A stretch of 64,000 bases of DNA from Heterodontus francisci (GCF_036365525.1 NW_027141511.1:744001-808000); one strand, 5' to 3'. Shown: positions 12,221 to 26,153, counted from the first letter of the stretch. Notes: a model not told the origin generated them from the sequence alone. Made by a program: numbers and translations.

Positions 12221-13346
12221 ATTGCACTTCACGAAAATGCCACTGAAAATATCAGTCAGATTATAAATCCAAATATTAGTTGTTTAAATATTTATGCTAT
12301 AAATTGAATTCACTGGGTACCTGCCTTAAATCAACACAGATGCCATTAGGGCTATGTTTCAATGTTTAACCATCACTTATCTTTTGAAAAAAATCACTTT
12401 CACCAATACAAAAAACCGAGTTTACTCAATGCGCTGATGCATACTCAAACTCTAATAACACAACGTTGCTCATTCTCATAATACAGCTATTATTACTATT
12501 TTTGGAGGATGTCATGCAACAGCTTTAAAACTTCACATGCGCTGCAAATCATTGCTTCATTACAAATGATGAGCAGAACTTATGTGTTGTATAATGCCCT
12601 CAAGATAGATTGAATTGTCAGTAAGCTTAATGCTCCTGAGCTGTATTGGTGTGATCGTGGACAAGTATAATGTCTTGTTTCATACTAAGCTACATGAACA
12701 GGGAAATCGAGGCTACTTCCTCGTCTCATCAGTCCGTTGATCTCAGAGGTTGTGATGTCGGTAATGCAACCAGACTCAGGAGTGCTGGTACAGGAAGTAA
12801 TACATCCAATGTTCTTCATTACGAGTAGAACGCTTGTAAGTGAATGTTTTAGTGAGGGACTGTCTAATCAGTGAAATCATCTCTGTCTTTAAAAGTCTGT
12901 TAAATCTCCCTATCATGTGAAATAAGAAGAAGAGGTCAGTCATACAAAGGCTAACAGAGCTTAGAGAAACTGAGCAGGAGAAGATAAGTGAAAACAATAA
13001 TTTCTTCACAAATTTCAATATTGCTCGATTTGGAATTTGGATATCGATCTACAACCAATGGAAGCTTCAGCGAAATGGAACACCTTTCAAGTCAAGTTTA
13101 TAATTTGATGAATGCTTCATTTTGGTCGCGGGATAATAGGTTATTTGAAGAAAATGCTTGACAAAATCCAGTCTGTGCCAGAGATGTGATTGCCATAACT
13201 TTATTATTATAAACATAGGTTAACTTAGTCCTTGAGTGGTTGCATCAGAATATGTGACTATTTAGAAAGCACATCCACCAGATGCACAGCAAGATTATTG
13301 AAACAGTTAAAGATAGGTTTGCACGGCTGGCAAGGTCACAGCTTAC

Positions 13347-13416
13347 CTGGCACGCCAACAGCAGCAAGAATCGGATAGTAAATTGTATATACTAGACCAG
13401 TTGCTGGCTCATGCAT
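13347..13416 (-). pseudogene. GPR139/GPR142-like paralogue 1, coding exon 1 (MHEPATGLVYTIYYPILAAVGVP)
   Basis: ATG at 13414-13416 with an in-frame TGA just upstream. Donor GTAAGC at 13346-13341. The exon is 70 nt, phase 1, matching exon 2 (G|TT AAT = V-N). Confidence 0.88.
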
Positions 13417-15342
13417 TTTCTTTCAGAAGTGACTATGTCTCAACTGTTTCAACACATGGTTTGTGGCAGTCAATATATAGATCATGGAATCCACCAGTGA
13501 GCCAATTAGGTAATGTTTTACTGATGTTAGTTCCATGCATTTGCACAAACTGATTGAGTTGTTTTTATTCCAATGTTTTTGACTGAACGTTGTGAAAGGT
13601 TATTACACGATGCTTCTGGGAAACACCCAAAGGACCAATTGCTCTTTTAGTTGCATTATTTCTAAAAATAGAATTGAAAGGTGATGCAAGCAATGTTTCA
13701 CAATAGTTCTGAAGGCCAGATTCGATCTCTGGAGCGTGTTGATTTAGTTGAGTTATCCATGGAGCGATAGCAGGACTGTTGAAATTGTTAGCCAGTCCAC
13801 AAGCTGGACAGATTGAAAGTAGGCCCAAGTAATTCTTCCAAATTAATATCCATTGATCGCTCCAGGGTTGTGTCATTGTGATAAATGTGCGAAGGTACTG
13901 AAGGTAAGCACATTGCTTCGGAATTGCATTACCCAAGGCTTAGCATGTGCTCTCCCATATTTGCTACGAATAAAGTACAGTTAAGAAACATAATTTTCCA
14001 TAATAGGCTCATTCCTAGACTAAAAACTTTAATGCTCCCAGTAAACATCAGAAAAGGGACATCGATTGCTGCTGGAGAAGTCCAGAAAAAGCTTTATTTT
14101 CTAAAATGCAATCTCTTTGAGGTGCACATGGAATATTAAAATGGTTATTTTTAAATGAGGGGCAAAATTGTTCAGACAAAGTCATCATCTACCGAGAATA
14201 CTTTACTGATTAAGGAATACGTTAAAACATTTTGGCCCTTCATTGCACCTTCGGAAGCTATTTGACCCACCACTTCTTTACTGCTCTCAACAAGTCTTAC
14301 ACTCATAACCTCGTCATTTTTCCTACGTTTTTTTTGGGTCCTGACATATGTATCCACTTCCTTTTGCTGCCCTCCTCGTGGGGCAGGGGTACAAAATGGC
14401 GCAAGTTATATTACAGTGGCAGAGAGCCCTCGCTTGAGGCCATTAAAACTAATGTGTTCCGTTCTGGGCACTGCAACTCAGGGAGGATATAATTAACTTT
14501 GAGGGTTTTACAGGGCAGACTTACTAGAATGATACCAGTCGAAAAGGAGGAGAACATGTTGTACAAATTAGGGTAGCAGTCCACTAAGTTTGGCAGTTTG
14601 AGTGCTGATGCAAATATGTTTTCTAGATCATTACAGGAGCTAATAATGTATATAGAGAAACAATTTCATCTAGTGTGGGATTCCAGAATATTGGAACCTT
14701 AACTTGAAGCTCAGATTAGGAAGGGATGATATCAGTGTGGACTTCTGTACACAAACGGTAGTGAAAAAGAAGAGATGATAGGTCTACTGTTGTTGATGTG
14801 TTACTAAGTTTGAGAGCAGATAACTGAGAGCAGACCTTGGATGGAACCTGGGAAGGCCGTTATTGCTTTCTGTAGCAAAGTACCACACAAGGTGAGATCA
14901 GCTACGTCAGCACAGGCCATGGTTGCAATATTTGCCCTCTTACTCTGTTAGTGTCTGAGTGCCTTGCCAGATATATTGAGCTGACATCACAAGGTGGGGA
15001 TGAAGCCTGTGCTCTTTGCTCTCTCTATGCACCTCATTAACACAGTGGATGAAATCAGCTATCACAGGCCACCCGTGCCGTTTCTGTTCAGTGTGGATCA
15101 ATCCCACTCTGCTTTGGAACAGCTATCTCAACATAGTCCAGTGTTAGAAACTAGGGCTTCCCAGCGCTCAATGGGTGGAATCAAGGGATATTGTGATAGT
15201 GCATGAAAGCGGAGTTGTCATTGAAAGTCCACCATGATCTTATTGAATGGTGGACTGTTCATATGGCCTAGTCCTTTCCCTTTTCTTCTGTTCTGAAGTG
15301 CAAAATTAAATTGTAGTTATAGCACATCCTGAGTTGCTCTGC

Positions 15343-16250
15343 TTATTGAAATAAAATTGCTGAGCAAATCTGATTCACTGGATATGTCACCATTTTCTTT
15401 AACTCTTCTCTGAATTTAGCCTGGGTCACTGCATAAATAAATGTGTTCATGCAGCAACTCAAAAGTAGAAGCATATATCCGGTCTCTTGAAAGATATAAA
15501 CAGGATCATCATAGCCTGTGTAAGAATATGTTTTGGTACTCCGATAATACACGTAATGGATTGTGAACGTCAGCCATAACAGTATAAAATTGGCGGATAT
15601 GCTGAAAAGTAAAGTTATGGATTTCTTTCTGTTCTGCATCTCAGGATCAGGATTATTTGCAGAGCTGGTGTTGCCTCTCAGTGCCCTGCGGACTCTGCTG
15701 GCCACTAATATATATCTTACCGTCAGAGCATTGAGGAACAAAATAATAAAAAATGGCAGAAAAGGTGTTGTGATGGAGTCGAAATAAGAAAACGCTATCC
15801 AGAGGGGTGAGGTATAAAAAATGGACCTAAATCTGCAATACCAGGGCAATCCGTTACTTATGTACAGAGGTTCATATGCAAAGTACCATGGAATGTTTTG
15901 TAAACAGCTCAGAACAAGCACCATGCCTATGATTGCAGCTGCCATTTCCTTGGTGCAATATTTACTTTTCAACTTCTGGCAACAAATGGCTATAAACCGG
16001 TCAAATGTGAATGTGACGGTAAACCAGACAGAAAGATCATTGGATAAATATGCCAGAGCGGTTTTTGTCTGACATACCGGAGTAAGCAACAGATAATTTC
16101 CGGGAAAGTAAATGTCAATGATCCGATTGAGTATAACGGCAGTGATAACAACCAGCAGATCCGCCGCTGCCATGGACACCAGGTAGTAGGTGATGCATTT
16201 GGAGAGACCGCATTTACCCCGGGCCAGGATCACAATTGCAACGAGATTAA
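15343..16250 (-). CDS. GPR139/GPR142-like class A GPCR paralogue 2, coding exon 2 (intact)
   Basis: Open 908-nt exon after acceptor CTGCAG (AG at 16251-16252). TM2 MAAADLLV, TM3 FTFDRFIAIC, TM5 PFLPFFIILFLNALTVR, TM7 SCCMNTFIY; stop at 15343-15345. With exon 1 it gives 325 aa. Confidence 0.93.
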
Positions 16251-16636
16251 CTGCAGGTAAGTATGGAAAACAAAATATGTTATTGGCATGCATTAATGCA
16301 AAGAACCAGAGTGTGTCCACATTAGAAATTGGGATAGAGCTTGACTTTGCATGATAATGCAAAATGGTGATAGAGATTGCCAGCTGGTTTTACAGCAATC
16401 TGTATTAAAGATAATGAGAACAAAAATCAGAGGTGATGTAAAACCACGACTGCCTCATTATCCCCCGTTATACAATATCGCACAATTTCAAACTCTGCCC
16501 CTTCCTACTACATCCCACAAGATAACAAAGTTTTGAGCATTAATATGTATTCTATAGTTTCTACATGACAATTTATAACAATTGGAAAATAAATAAAAAT
16601 GGTCTGTGTTAATGTAACATGCTATGTGCAAGCGTT

Positions 16637-19600
16637 AGAGGCGGTGGTGGTGGAGCGGTATTGTCACTGGGCTCGCAATCCAGAAACTCAGGATATTGCT
16701 CTCTGGACGTGGGCTCGAAATGAATTCAATAAATAAATCTGGAATTAAAACCTAGCCTAATGATGGCGATGAAACCATTGTCGATTGTTATAAATACTCA
16801 TCTAATTCACTCATGTACTTCAGAGAAGGAAATCTGTCATGCTTGTCTGGCCAACGTGTGACGCCAGAGCCACAATAATGTGGTTGAGACTGAAATGCCC
16901 CAGCAATCCATCTTTGGCCTCCTTATCGCGAGAGACAATGGGAAAGCGCCTGGAGGTGGTCAGTGGTGTGTGGAGCTGCGCCTGGAGTGGCTCTAAAGGC
17001 CAATTCTAGAGTAACAGGCTCTTCCACAGGTGCTGCAGAAAAATTTGCTTGTCGGGGCTGTTACACAGTTGGCTCTTCCCTTGCGCCTCTGTCTTTTTTC
17101 CTGCCAACTGCTAAGTCTCTTCGATTCGCCACACTTTAGCCCCGCCTTTATGGCTGTCCGCCAGCTCTGGTGAACGCTGGCAACTGACTCCCATGACTTG
17201 TGATCAATGTCGCAGGATTTCATGTCGCATTTGCAGACGTCTTCAAAGCAGAGACATGGACGGCCGATGGGTCTGATACCACTGGCGAGCTCGCTGTACA
17301 ATGTGTCTTTGGGGATCCTGCCATCTTCCATGCGGCTCACATGGCCAAGCCATCTCAAGCGCCGCTGACTCAGTAGTGTGTATAAATTGGGGATGCTGGC
17401 CGCCTCGAGGACGTCTGTGTTGGAGATACGGTCCTGCCTGCTGATGCCAAGTATTCTCCGGAGGCAGCGAAGATGGAATGAATTGAGACATCGCTCTTGG
17501 CTGATGTACATTGTCCAGGCCTCGCTGCCATAGAGCAAGGTACTGAGGGCACAGGCGTGATACACACGGACTTTTGTGTTCTGTTTCAGTGCGCCATTTT
17601 CCCACACTCTCTTGGCCAGTGTGGACATAGCAGTGGAAGCCTTTCCCATGCGCTTGTTGATTTCTGCATCTAGAGACAGGTTACTGGTGATAGTTGAGCC
17701 TAGGTAGGTGAACTCTTAAACCACTTCCAGAGCGTGGTCGCCAATATTGATGGATGGAGCATTTCTGACGTCCTGCCCCATGATGTTCATTTTCTTGAGG
17801 CTGATGGTTAGGCCAAATTCATTGCAGGCAGCTGCAAACCTGTCGATGAGACTCTGCAGGCACTCTTCAGTGTGAGATGTTAAAGCAGCATAGTCAGCAA
17901 AGAGGAGTTCCCTGATGAGGACTTTCCATACTTTGGACTTCGCTCTTGATGGGCAAGGTTGAACAACCTGCCCCCTGATCTTGTGTGGATTAAAATTCCT
18001 TCTTCTGAGGCCTTGAACGCATGTGAGAGCAGCAGGGAGAAGAAAATCCCAAAAAGTGTGGGTGCGAGAACACAGCCCTGTTTCACCCCACTCAGGATGG
18101 GAAAGGGGTCTGATGAGGAGCCACCATGTTCAATTGTGCCTTTCTTATTGTCATGGAATGAGGTGATGATACTTAGTAGCTTTGGTGGACATCCAATCTT
18201 TTCCAGTAATCTGAAGCGACCACGTCTGCTGACGAGGTCAAAGGCTTTGGTGAGATCAATGAAAGCAATGTAGAGGGGCATTTGTTGTTCGTGGCATTTG
18301 TCCTGTATCTGACGAAGGGAGAACAGCAACTGAAATGCCCTAGCAAACCACTCAGGTGTATTTAACCACAGAAAAGCCAGTAAGGAATGAAACTGATAGA
18401 CCTTCAGACTGGAAGCTAAAGCGATAAACAACAGGCCTTCGACACTGCAAAGTCCTCCTTACAAACCTCTGGGGCTTGTGCTTTGCCAGCGCATCACGCA
18501 ACAGCCTGATATTGTCATAATCATGGAATCATACCTGAAAGAACGTGTCCCCGGGTATGGCCTGTCCCAATGGAAGGACAGACGCAGCACAGGTGGTGGC
18601 AAAGAGGTAGACAGTGGGGAGGAGTTGCCCTGGAGTCCTCAACATCGACTCCAGACCCAATGAAGTCTCATGGCATCAGGTCAAACATAGGCAAGGAAAC
18701 CTCCAGCTGATTTCCACCTACTGCCCTCCCTTGGCTGATGAATAAGTATTCCTCCATGCTGAAAAGCACTTAGCAGAAGCACTGTGGATGGCAAGGCCAC
18801 AGAATGTACTTTAGGTGGGGGACTTAAATGCTCATCACCAACAGTGGCGAAGTAGCACCACTACTCACAGATCTGGCTGAGTGCTAAAGGACATAGCTGC
18901 TGGACTGTGTCTGCGGAGGATGGTGAGGGAACCAACAAAAGGTAAAAGCATACTTGACCTTATCCTCACCAATCTGCCTGCCGCAGATGCATCTGTCCCT
19001 AACAGTATTGGGAGGAGTGACCACTGCACAGTGCTAGTGGAGACAAATTCCTATCTTCAAATTAAAGATGCACCGCTTTGTGTTCGTTGGTGCAATCGCA
19101 CTGCTAATTCGGATAAATTTTCAACAGATCTAGCAATGCAAACTGGGCATCTATAAGGTGTTGTCGGCCATGAACAGCAGCAGAATTGTATTGAAACGCA
19201 ATCTGCAAACTCATGGCTTGGCATATGTCCCACTCTACCATTGCCATCATGCTGGAGTACTAACCCTGTTTCAATGAAGAGTGCAGGAGGGCATGCCAGG
19301 AGCGGCACCAGGCATACCTGAAAATGAGGTGCCAACCTGATGAAGCCACAACCCAGGACTACTTGCATGCTAAACAGCGTAAGCAGCATGCGGTAAACAT
19401 AGCTAAACGATCCCATAACCAACGGATCACATCTAAGCTCTGCAGTCCTGCCACATCCAGTTCTAAATGGTGGTGGACAATTAAATAATTCACTGGAGAA
19501 GGTGGCTCCACAAATATCCCGATCCTCAATGATGGGGGAACACAGCACATAAGTGTGGAAGATACGGGTGAAGCATTTGCAGCCAGCTTCAGACAGAAGT

Positions 19601-21222
19601 GCCAAGTGGATGATCCATCGCAGTCTTCTCCTGAAGTTCCCAGGATCATCGGCGACAGTCTTCAGCAAATTGACTCACTCCACATGATATCAAAAAAAGA
19701 CTGAAGGCATTGGATACTGCAAAGGCTCTGGGCCTTGTCATCATTCCGGCAACAATACTGAAGACTTGTGTTCCAGAACATTCTGCGCCCCGAGACAAGC
19801 TGTCCTCGTACAGCTACAACACTGACACCTACCCGGCAATTTGGATAATTGCACAGCTATGTCCTGTACACAATATGCAGAACAAGTGCAATCCTGCCAA
19901 TTGCTATCCCATCAGTCTACTATCAATCATCAGTAAAGTGATGGAAGGAGTCACCGACAGTTCTATCAAGCAGCAACTGCTGAGGAATAACCTACACAAT
20001 GATGCTCAGTTTAGGTTCCGCCAAGGCCACTCAGCTTCTTACCTCTTTGTAGCCTTGGTTCAAACATGGATAAAAGGGCTGAAATCAAGAAGTCAGGTAA
20101 AAGTGGCTGCCCTTTACATCATGGCAGTATTTGACTGCGTATGGTATCAAAATTGGAGTCAATGGGAATCAGGGGGAAACTCTCCACTGCTTGGCGTCGT
20201 ACTGGCACAAAGGAAGCTGATTGTGGTTGTTGGAGGTCAATCATCTCAGTTGCAGGAGATCACTGCAGGAGTTTCTCAGTGTTGTGTCCTCGACCCAGCC
20301 ATCTTTAGTTGATTCATCAATGACCTTCCAACAAACATAACGCTAGAAGTGGGGATGTTTTGCTAATGATTGCGCGATGTTCAGCACCATTCGTGACTCC
20401 TCAGATACTGGAGCAGTCCGTGTAGAAATGCAACAAGACCTCGACAATATTCAGGCTTTGGCTGATAAGTGGCAAGCAACGTCAACACCACACTAGTGCC
20501 AGGCTATCATAATCTCCAACAGGAGAGAATCTTATCATGCCCACACGACATTCAAAGGCATTAGAATCGCGGAATCACCTACTATCAACACCCTGGAGAT
20601 TACCAGAAACTGAACTGGAGTAGCCAAATAAATACTGTGGCTACAAGAACATGTCAGAGGCAGGGAATCCTGCGGCGAGTAACTCGCCTCCTAACTCCCC
20701 AAAGGCATAAAGTCAGGAGTGTGATGGAATACTCCCCACTTGCCTGGATGAGAGCAGCTACAGAAACACTCAAGAAACACGACACAATCCAGACAAAGCA
20801 ACCCACTTTGTTGGTACCCCAGAAACAAACATTCACTGCCTCCACGCACAGTAGCAGCAGTGTGTACCATCTACAAGATGTACTGCAGCAACACAACAAG
20901 GCTTCTTCGACAGCACCTTCTATCCCAGCTACCTCTGCCACCTAGAAGGACAGGGGCACCAGATGCATGGAACACCACCCTCAACAAATTCCCCTCCAAG
21001 CCACACTGCATCCTGACTTGGAATTACATTGCTGTTCCTTCACTGACGCTGGGTCAAAATCCTGGAACTCCCTTCCAAAATGCACTGTTGGTGTACCTAC
21101 CCCACATGAACTGCCGCGATTCAAGAAGGTGGCTCACCATCACCTTCTCAAGGGTAATTAGGAATGAACAATAAATGCTGGCCTATTCAGCGACGCCCAC
21201 ATCTCATGAACGAATAAAACAA
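16637..21222 (+). mobile_element. Full-length tRNA-headed single-ORF LINE, copy B, in the GPCR paralogue 2 intron, interrupted by an RTE
   Basis: tRNA-like head at 16637-16720, then the 5' UTR, endonuclease (QQPDIVIIMESYL 18478; DLILTN..SDHCTV 18881), RT (19710-20400) and 3' tail (21140-21222). The whole block is absent from the paralogous intron at about 9025-9030. Confidence 0.9.
16911..18328 (-). mobile_element. 5'-truncated RTE-clade LINE nested in the 5' UTR of LINE copy B
   Basis: RTE-type RT (FIDLTKAFDLVSR, GVKQGCVLAPTLF) and C-terminus (LLYGSEAW, RLRWLGHV, CSTCGRAC). 22-bp TSD with 2 mismatches: ACTGAAATGCCCCAGCAATCCA (16889-16910) and ACTGAAATGCCCTAGCAAACCA (18329-18350). Confidence 0.93.
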
Positions 21223-22069
21223 AAGAAGAAGCCAATATAACCAGGAAATGAGACATTCGAATTTCAAATGAACTGGAATTATATTTTAAACAAAGATGAA
21301 AACAAGGAATGAATTCTAACTTGAATGCCATAACTTTAGCTAGAATATATAATTGTCAACTAAGTAACAATAGCAAAAACAATCAACAATACATCACTTA
21401 ATTGAATAAAATACAAAAGACATCAATGTAGAAAGCGAGTTTCAGATTAACAGTACAAATAATGCTTCTTCAAACTGGAACTGCAAAATAAAAGCAGGAA
21501 TTGTCATAAAGAGCAGACACCTAAATGCCACAAGAAAGCATGCAATCTGTAACGTGGCAGAATTAATAAACCGATTGAGTTCGGATTGTTGCTTCGCAAA
21601 AGCTATTGAAACATCAGATAAGGCAAAAAAAAAATTCTTGGAATGAGGAAATGGCCACGAACTGACCAACACTTCTCTCCAGAATCGAAGGATTTTTAGA
21701 AGCAGCAAAGACTCGCTCTTGTGGTTTTGTGGCCAGAAGACCTGGTTCGTCCAACTTATAAAACAGGGAATAGCAAGGGTAATAATAGAGGAGCAAGCAT
21801 TAGTGACAGCATTAGCGAAGCATAGCTGATGTGAAATAACAATATGATGCTTTGAGAAAATGCCTGGGAATCCAAATGATTGAACTTCCTTAAAGAATAA
21901 CAAATTCATGACTGGCATAGTAAGGATGAGCCTGTGACTTTTCTGGAGAATAGGTAAGTCATTAAATCAATGAAATATATTATTGGTCATGTAATATTGG
22001 TTGACTGTATTGGCAGACGTTTTGCCAGATATCAAGTCAACTTTGCGCTAAAGCAACATTTGGAAGATT

Positions 22070-22600
22070 GAAGCCGTTGATTTCATCCTGGCACAAACTC
22101 TGTTGCTCAGAAATTGATTTTATCCGTTTCACTTGCCACTGCCACAGCGTGATACAGACTTTTTATGACCTCTGTTGGCACTTTGACAATATGTTGAGCT
22201 TCTCAGATGATCTCCTTTTACATTATCAAGATCCATTACATCCCATTTCCGTTATATTACCTATTTCTGCCCCACCTGAATTTATTTGCTACTGAAATCC
22301 TCCATCGTGCTTTTGTTAATTCCACTCCAGACTATTTCAATGGTATACTGGATGATTTCCCATCTTATACCCTCCATAAGGAAACGTTGATTTAAAATAC
22401 TGCTACCGATGTCCTAATTCGAATCAAGCCCATTCACCCGAGACACCTGTATTCGCTGGCCTACGCTGACTCCCCGTCCACCAACTTCTATTTTAGAACC
22501 CTAATCCTCGTGACAGGAGCTCTCCTTGGCTTCTCCCCTCTCCAACTCAGCAATCTACTTCAGTCCGACAAGTCGTTGAGGAATTTACCTTCTACCAATT
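22070..22600 (+). mobile_element. Old L2 LINE ORF2 3' fragment
   Basis: Degenerate translation ATEILHRAFVNSTPDYFNGILDDFP resembles the L2 motif ETLIHAFVTSRLDYCN, followed by a PITPVL/LHWLPV-like stretch. Confidence 0.65.
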
Positions 22601-23876
22601 CAAAAGGTGTGATGGAACATTTGCCAATGATTTCCCTACCATATTAAGCAAAGGAATGTAGGAACAACATAGTTAGTTTATCTGATCTACAATGTTACAT
22701 ATTATCATTTTAAATCAGGTGGTACTAATTACAGTATTAAGCAAACTAACCAATTTAGTTTATGTTGAGATTGAACATTCCGAAAATAAATGCAAACAGT
22801 AGTTTAAAAAAATATATTAATGTTGCAAATTAAATTCACGGGGTGTCTGACTTAAATCAATACAGTCGGCATTAGAAGAATGTGTCAAATTGGAACCATC
22901 GCCTTATCTATTGGAAAACGTCACAAGCATCAATAAAAACAATTGAGTTTGTTCAATGCTCTATCGTTTACTCTAATACTCAGAGAACACATTGTTGCTT
23001 ATTCCTATAATACAACTATTATTATTTATGGAGATGTCATGCAACAACTTTAAAACTTTTCATGCGCTGCATTTCACTGACCCCTTTACAATTAATAAGC
23101 AGAACTTTTATGTCGCAGTATGTCCTCAAGATAGATTGCTTTGCACGCAAGATTAATGCACCTGGGCTGTATTGATGGGTTCATGGGCCAGTACAATGTA
23201 TTGTTTCATACTGAGCTGCACAAACAATGAAATTTAGGATACTTCCTCGTCTCATTTTCCCGTTGATCTCATAAATGTTGATGTAGGTAACGCAGCCAGA
23301 CTCAGGAATGCCAGTGGAGGAAGTAACACAGCCAATGTTCTCCATCACAAGTCGAAAGTGTGTAAGTGGATGTTCTATTGAGGACCTGTTCAATGAGTGA
23401 AATCACTTCCGTGCTTAGAAGTCTGTCAAATATCCCTATCACGTGGCATATGAAGAAGAGGACGAGAATTAGCTCACGAAGCTTATGGAATCTTGAGCAG
23501 GATAAGAGAAAGGAAAACAATAATTTATTCTCGAAGTTCAATATTGCTATATTTGGACTTTGAGCTGTTGATCTACATGTAATTGAATTTTAAGCAAAAT
23601 GTAGCAGCAATCAACATAGGTTTATAATGTGATGAACAGTTCATTTTGGACGTCGGATAACAGGTTAGTTGTAAAATGCAGTCTGCACCAGAGATGAAAT
23701 AACCATACTTTCATTCAATATTATATTGAAGATATAATATGAACAGAGGGTAACTTAGACCTTGAGCGTTTACCTCAGAATATGTGACAATTTAGAAAAC
23801 ACATACACCAGATACACAACAAGATTATTAATACACTTTAAGACAAGTTTGCACGGCTAACAAAGTCGCAACTTAC

Positions 23877-23946
23877 CTGGGACACCAACAGCGGCAAGAG
23901 TTGGATAGAAAATTGCATACACTAGACCAGTTGCTGGCTCATGCAT
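23877..23946 (-). CDS. GPR139/GPR142-like paralogue 2, coding exon 1 (MHEPATGLVYAIFYPTLAAVGVP)
   Basis: ATG at 23944-23946, donor GTAAGT at 23876-23871, 70 nt, phase 1. Near-identical to 13347-13416. Confidence 0.92.
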
Positions 23947-25905
23947 TTTGTGGCCGAAAAGATTATGTCTCAACTGGATCAACAAATGGTTTGTGGTACA
24001 GTCAATATATAGATCATGGAAGCCTCCAGAGAGACAATTAGGTATCTTCATTACTGATATTAATTCCAGGCATTTGCACAAACAAACTGAGCGAGGTTTT
24101 TTTAAAATTCTAATCTTTACAACTGAAATGATTAAAGGTTATTATGGAAAACGCCAAAAGGATCCATTACTATTTTGGTTACTTTGCTTATGAACGTACA
24201 ATTGAAAGGTGATACAAACAATGATTCAGAATGGTTCTCAATCCCAGATTCTATCTTTGGAGTGTGTTGATTTAGCTGAGTTATCCACAAATAGATGGCG
24301 GGGCTGATGAAATTGCTTGACTGTCCACATAATGCTTTCAAATTAACATCCATTGATCCCTCCCGGGTATTGTTCATTTGATATTATGATCAACAGGCGA
24401 AGGGACTGAATGTCAGCACATTGGAATTTCCTTAACCAAGGCCTGTGTTCTTCTGCATGCACGATTAATAACATATAGTTCAGAAGCATAACCTTCCACA
24501 ATCTCCGATTACTGGACTATATTTTGACAGTCTCAGTAAACATCATCAAAAAGTCGTGGATTGTGATTGGAAAAATCCAGGGAAATCTTTATTTTGGAAA
24601 ATACAATCTGCTTTAGGTGCACATGGAATAGTCAAATAGATATTTCTAAGTGAGAGGCAAAATCCTTTGAACAGTATCATCATATGCTTAGAGTACCTTC
24701 CTGAACAAGAACTTCATTTAATAATTGTGGCCCTTTACAGCACCATAGGAAGTTATTCGACCCACCATGCCTCTACTGCTCTCTGAAAGTCTTACTCTCA
24801 AAACCCTGACTTTTTGCCTGCGTTTTGTTTCCTTCTTCCTGAAATATGCATCCACCTCCTTTTGCTGTCCTACCTCCTCATGGGGCTGGGATACAAAATG
24901 GTGGCAGTTATATTACAGTGATAGAAATCTCTCATGAGATGTTATTTGTAGTATTGTGTTCAGTTTTGGCCACTGCACCTCAGGAAGGACAGAACTGTCT
25001 TGGAGGGGAGCACAGCATAGATTTACCAGAATAATCCCAGACAAAGAGGGTCTAATGGAGAGAACTGGTTGCACAGCTTTGGTTTGCATTCCTTTGAATC
25101 CCACAAACACTCTTGAGGCTATGCCAACTGAAAATGTTAAAACTGAGATTGAAAGATTTTTGTCAGGCATGGGTATTACAGGTGACAGAAGAAAGGTGAC
25201 AAAACTGAGTCATCTAAAAGAGATGGATGGTCCACTTTCGTTGTCAGGTTGCTAAATTTGTGATCATTAACTGAAAACAGGCTTCGGATGGAACCTGGAC
25301 CCTTGCTGCTATCTGCAGCACATTATCACACAAGGTGATATCAGTTAACTCAGCACAGGTCTTGGTTGCAATATTTGCCTTTTGACTCTGTTGCTGTCCA
25401 TGTTCCATGCCAGATACAATTAGCTAACAGCGCAGGGTAGAGAGGGAGCCTGTGTGTGTTAGTTTTCTATTTGTATCACATTAACACGGTGGGTGAAATC
25501 AGCTATCACAGGCTTCCTGTGTCTTTTCTGTCCAGTGCAGTTCAGCACCACTCTGGTTTGGAGCAGCTAACTGAACATAGTCCGGCCTTAGAACCTAGAG
25601 CTTTCCAGCTCTCTATTGCTGGAAGATTACCACCTTTGCATACATTCTTGCACTGACGGAGGGTGAGTTCCTGAGGCTGCAGGCTGAATCTGATTGCCTG
25701 CAGATTTGGAAAGCCGGCAGGCAGGTATGGGTGTGGCTTCCAGTCACTGCACCACACAAACTTTATAAACCATGTGCGTCATTGAAACGATATTGGAGCA
25801 ACGGATTATCTCCGATTTCTTTGGAAGTAATCATTTCACAAAATTTTAAAAATATATATATTTTAAGAACTGCAATAATTGTGACCAGAATATTATTGAT
25901 GCATG

Positions 25906-26153
25906 AAATAAAAACAAGAAATGCTGGAATCACTCAGCAGGTCTGGCAGCATCTGTGGAAAGAGAAGCAGAGTTAACGTTTCATGTCAGTGACCCTTCTT
26001 CGGAACTTCTTCCCTTCTTCTGAAGAATAGTCACTGAACCGAAACGTTAACTCTGCTTCTCATTCCACAGATGCTGCCAGACCTGCTGAGTGGTTCCAGC
26101 ATTTCTTGTTTTTATTTCAGATTTCCAGCATCCGCGGTATTTTGCTTTTATTT
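25906..26153. mobile_element. Penelope-like inverted terminal-repeat pair with hammerhead core
   Basis: Exact 15-bp TSD TATTATTGATGCATG at 25891-25905 and 26154-26168. Arms are inverted. The right arm contains CTGAAGA-atagtcactgaacc-GAAACGTTAAC (26020-26051). Confidence 0.82.

Larger units (their letters stand above)
7540..25610 (-). repeat. Tandem segmental duplication of the GPCR unit (about 7540-15170 and 15175-25610)
   Basis: Collinear non-coding homology: 7540-7727 with 15175-15342, 8640-9060 with 16255-16635, 9672-9885 with 21240-21465, and 12240-15170 with 22770-25610. Differences are mainly copy-specific TE insertions. Confidence 0.88.

Noticed and set aside
16251-16362. N-terminal 37 aa of the 339-aa ORF (MHYHAKSS...), and the equivalent 8636-8705 extension, as real GPCR N-termini
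   Set aside because: These are read-through into the intron. Canonical acceptors lie at 16251-16252 and 8636-8637, and conserved phase-matched exons supply the true TM1.
23947-24081. Upstream in-frame extension of GPCR exon 1 (MCKCLELISVM...)
   Set aside because: Paralogue 1 has an indel and an in-frame TGA in the homologous stretch, so MHEP is the likelier start.
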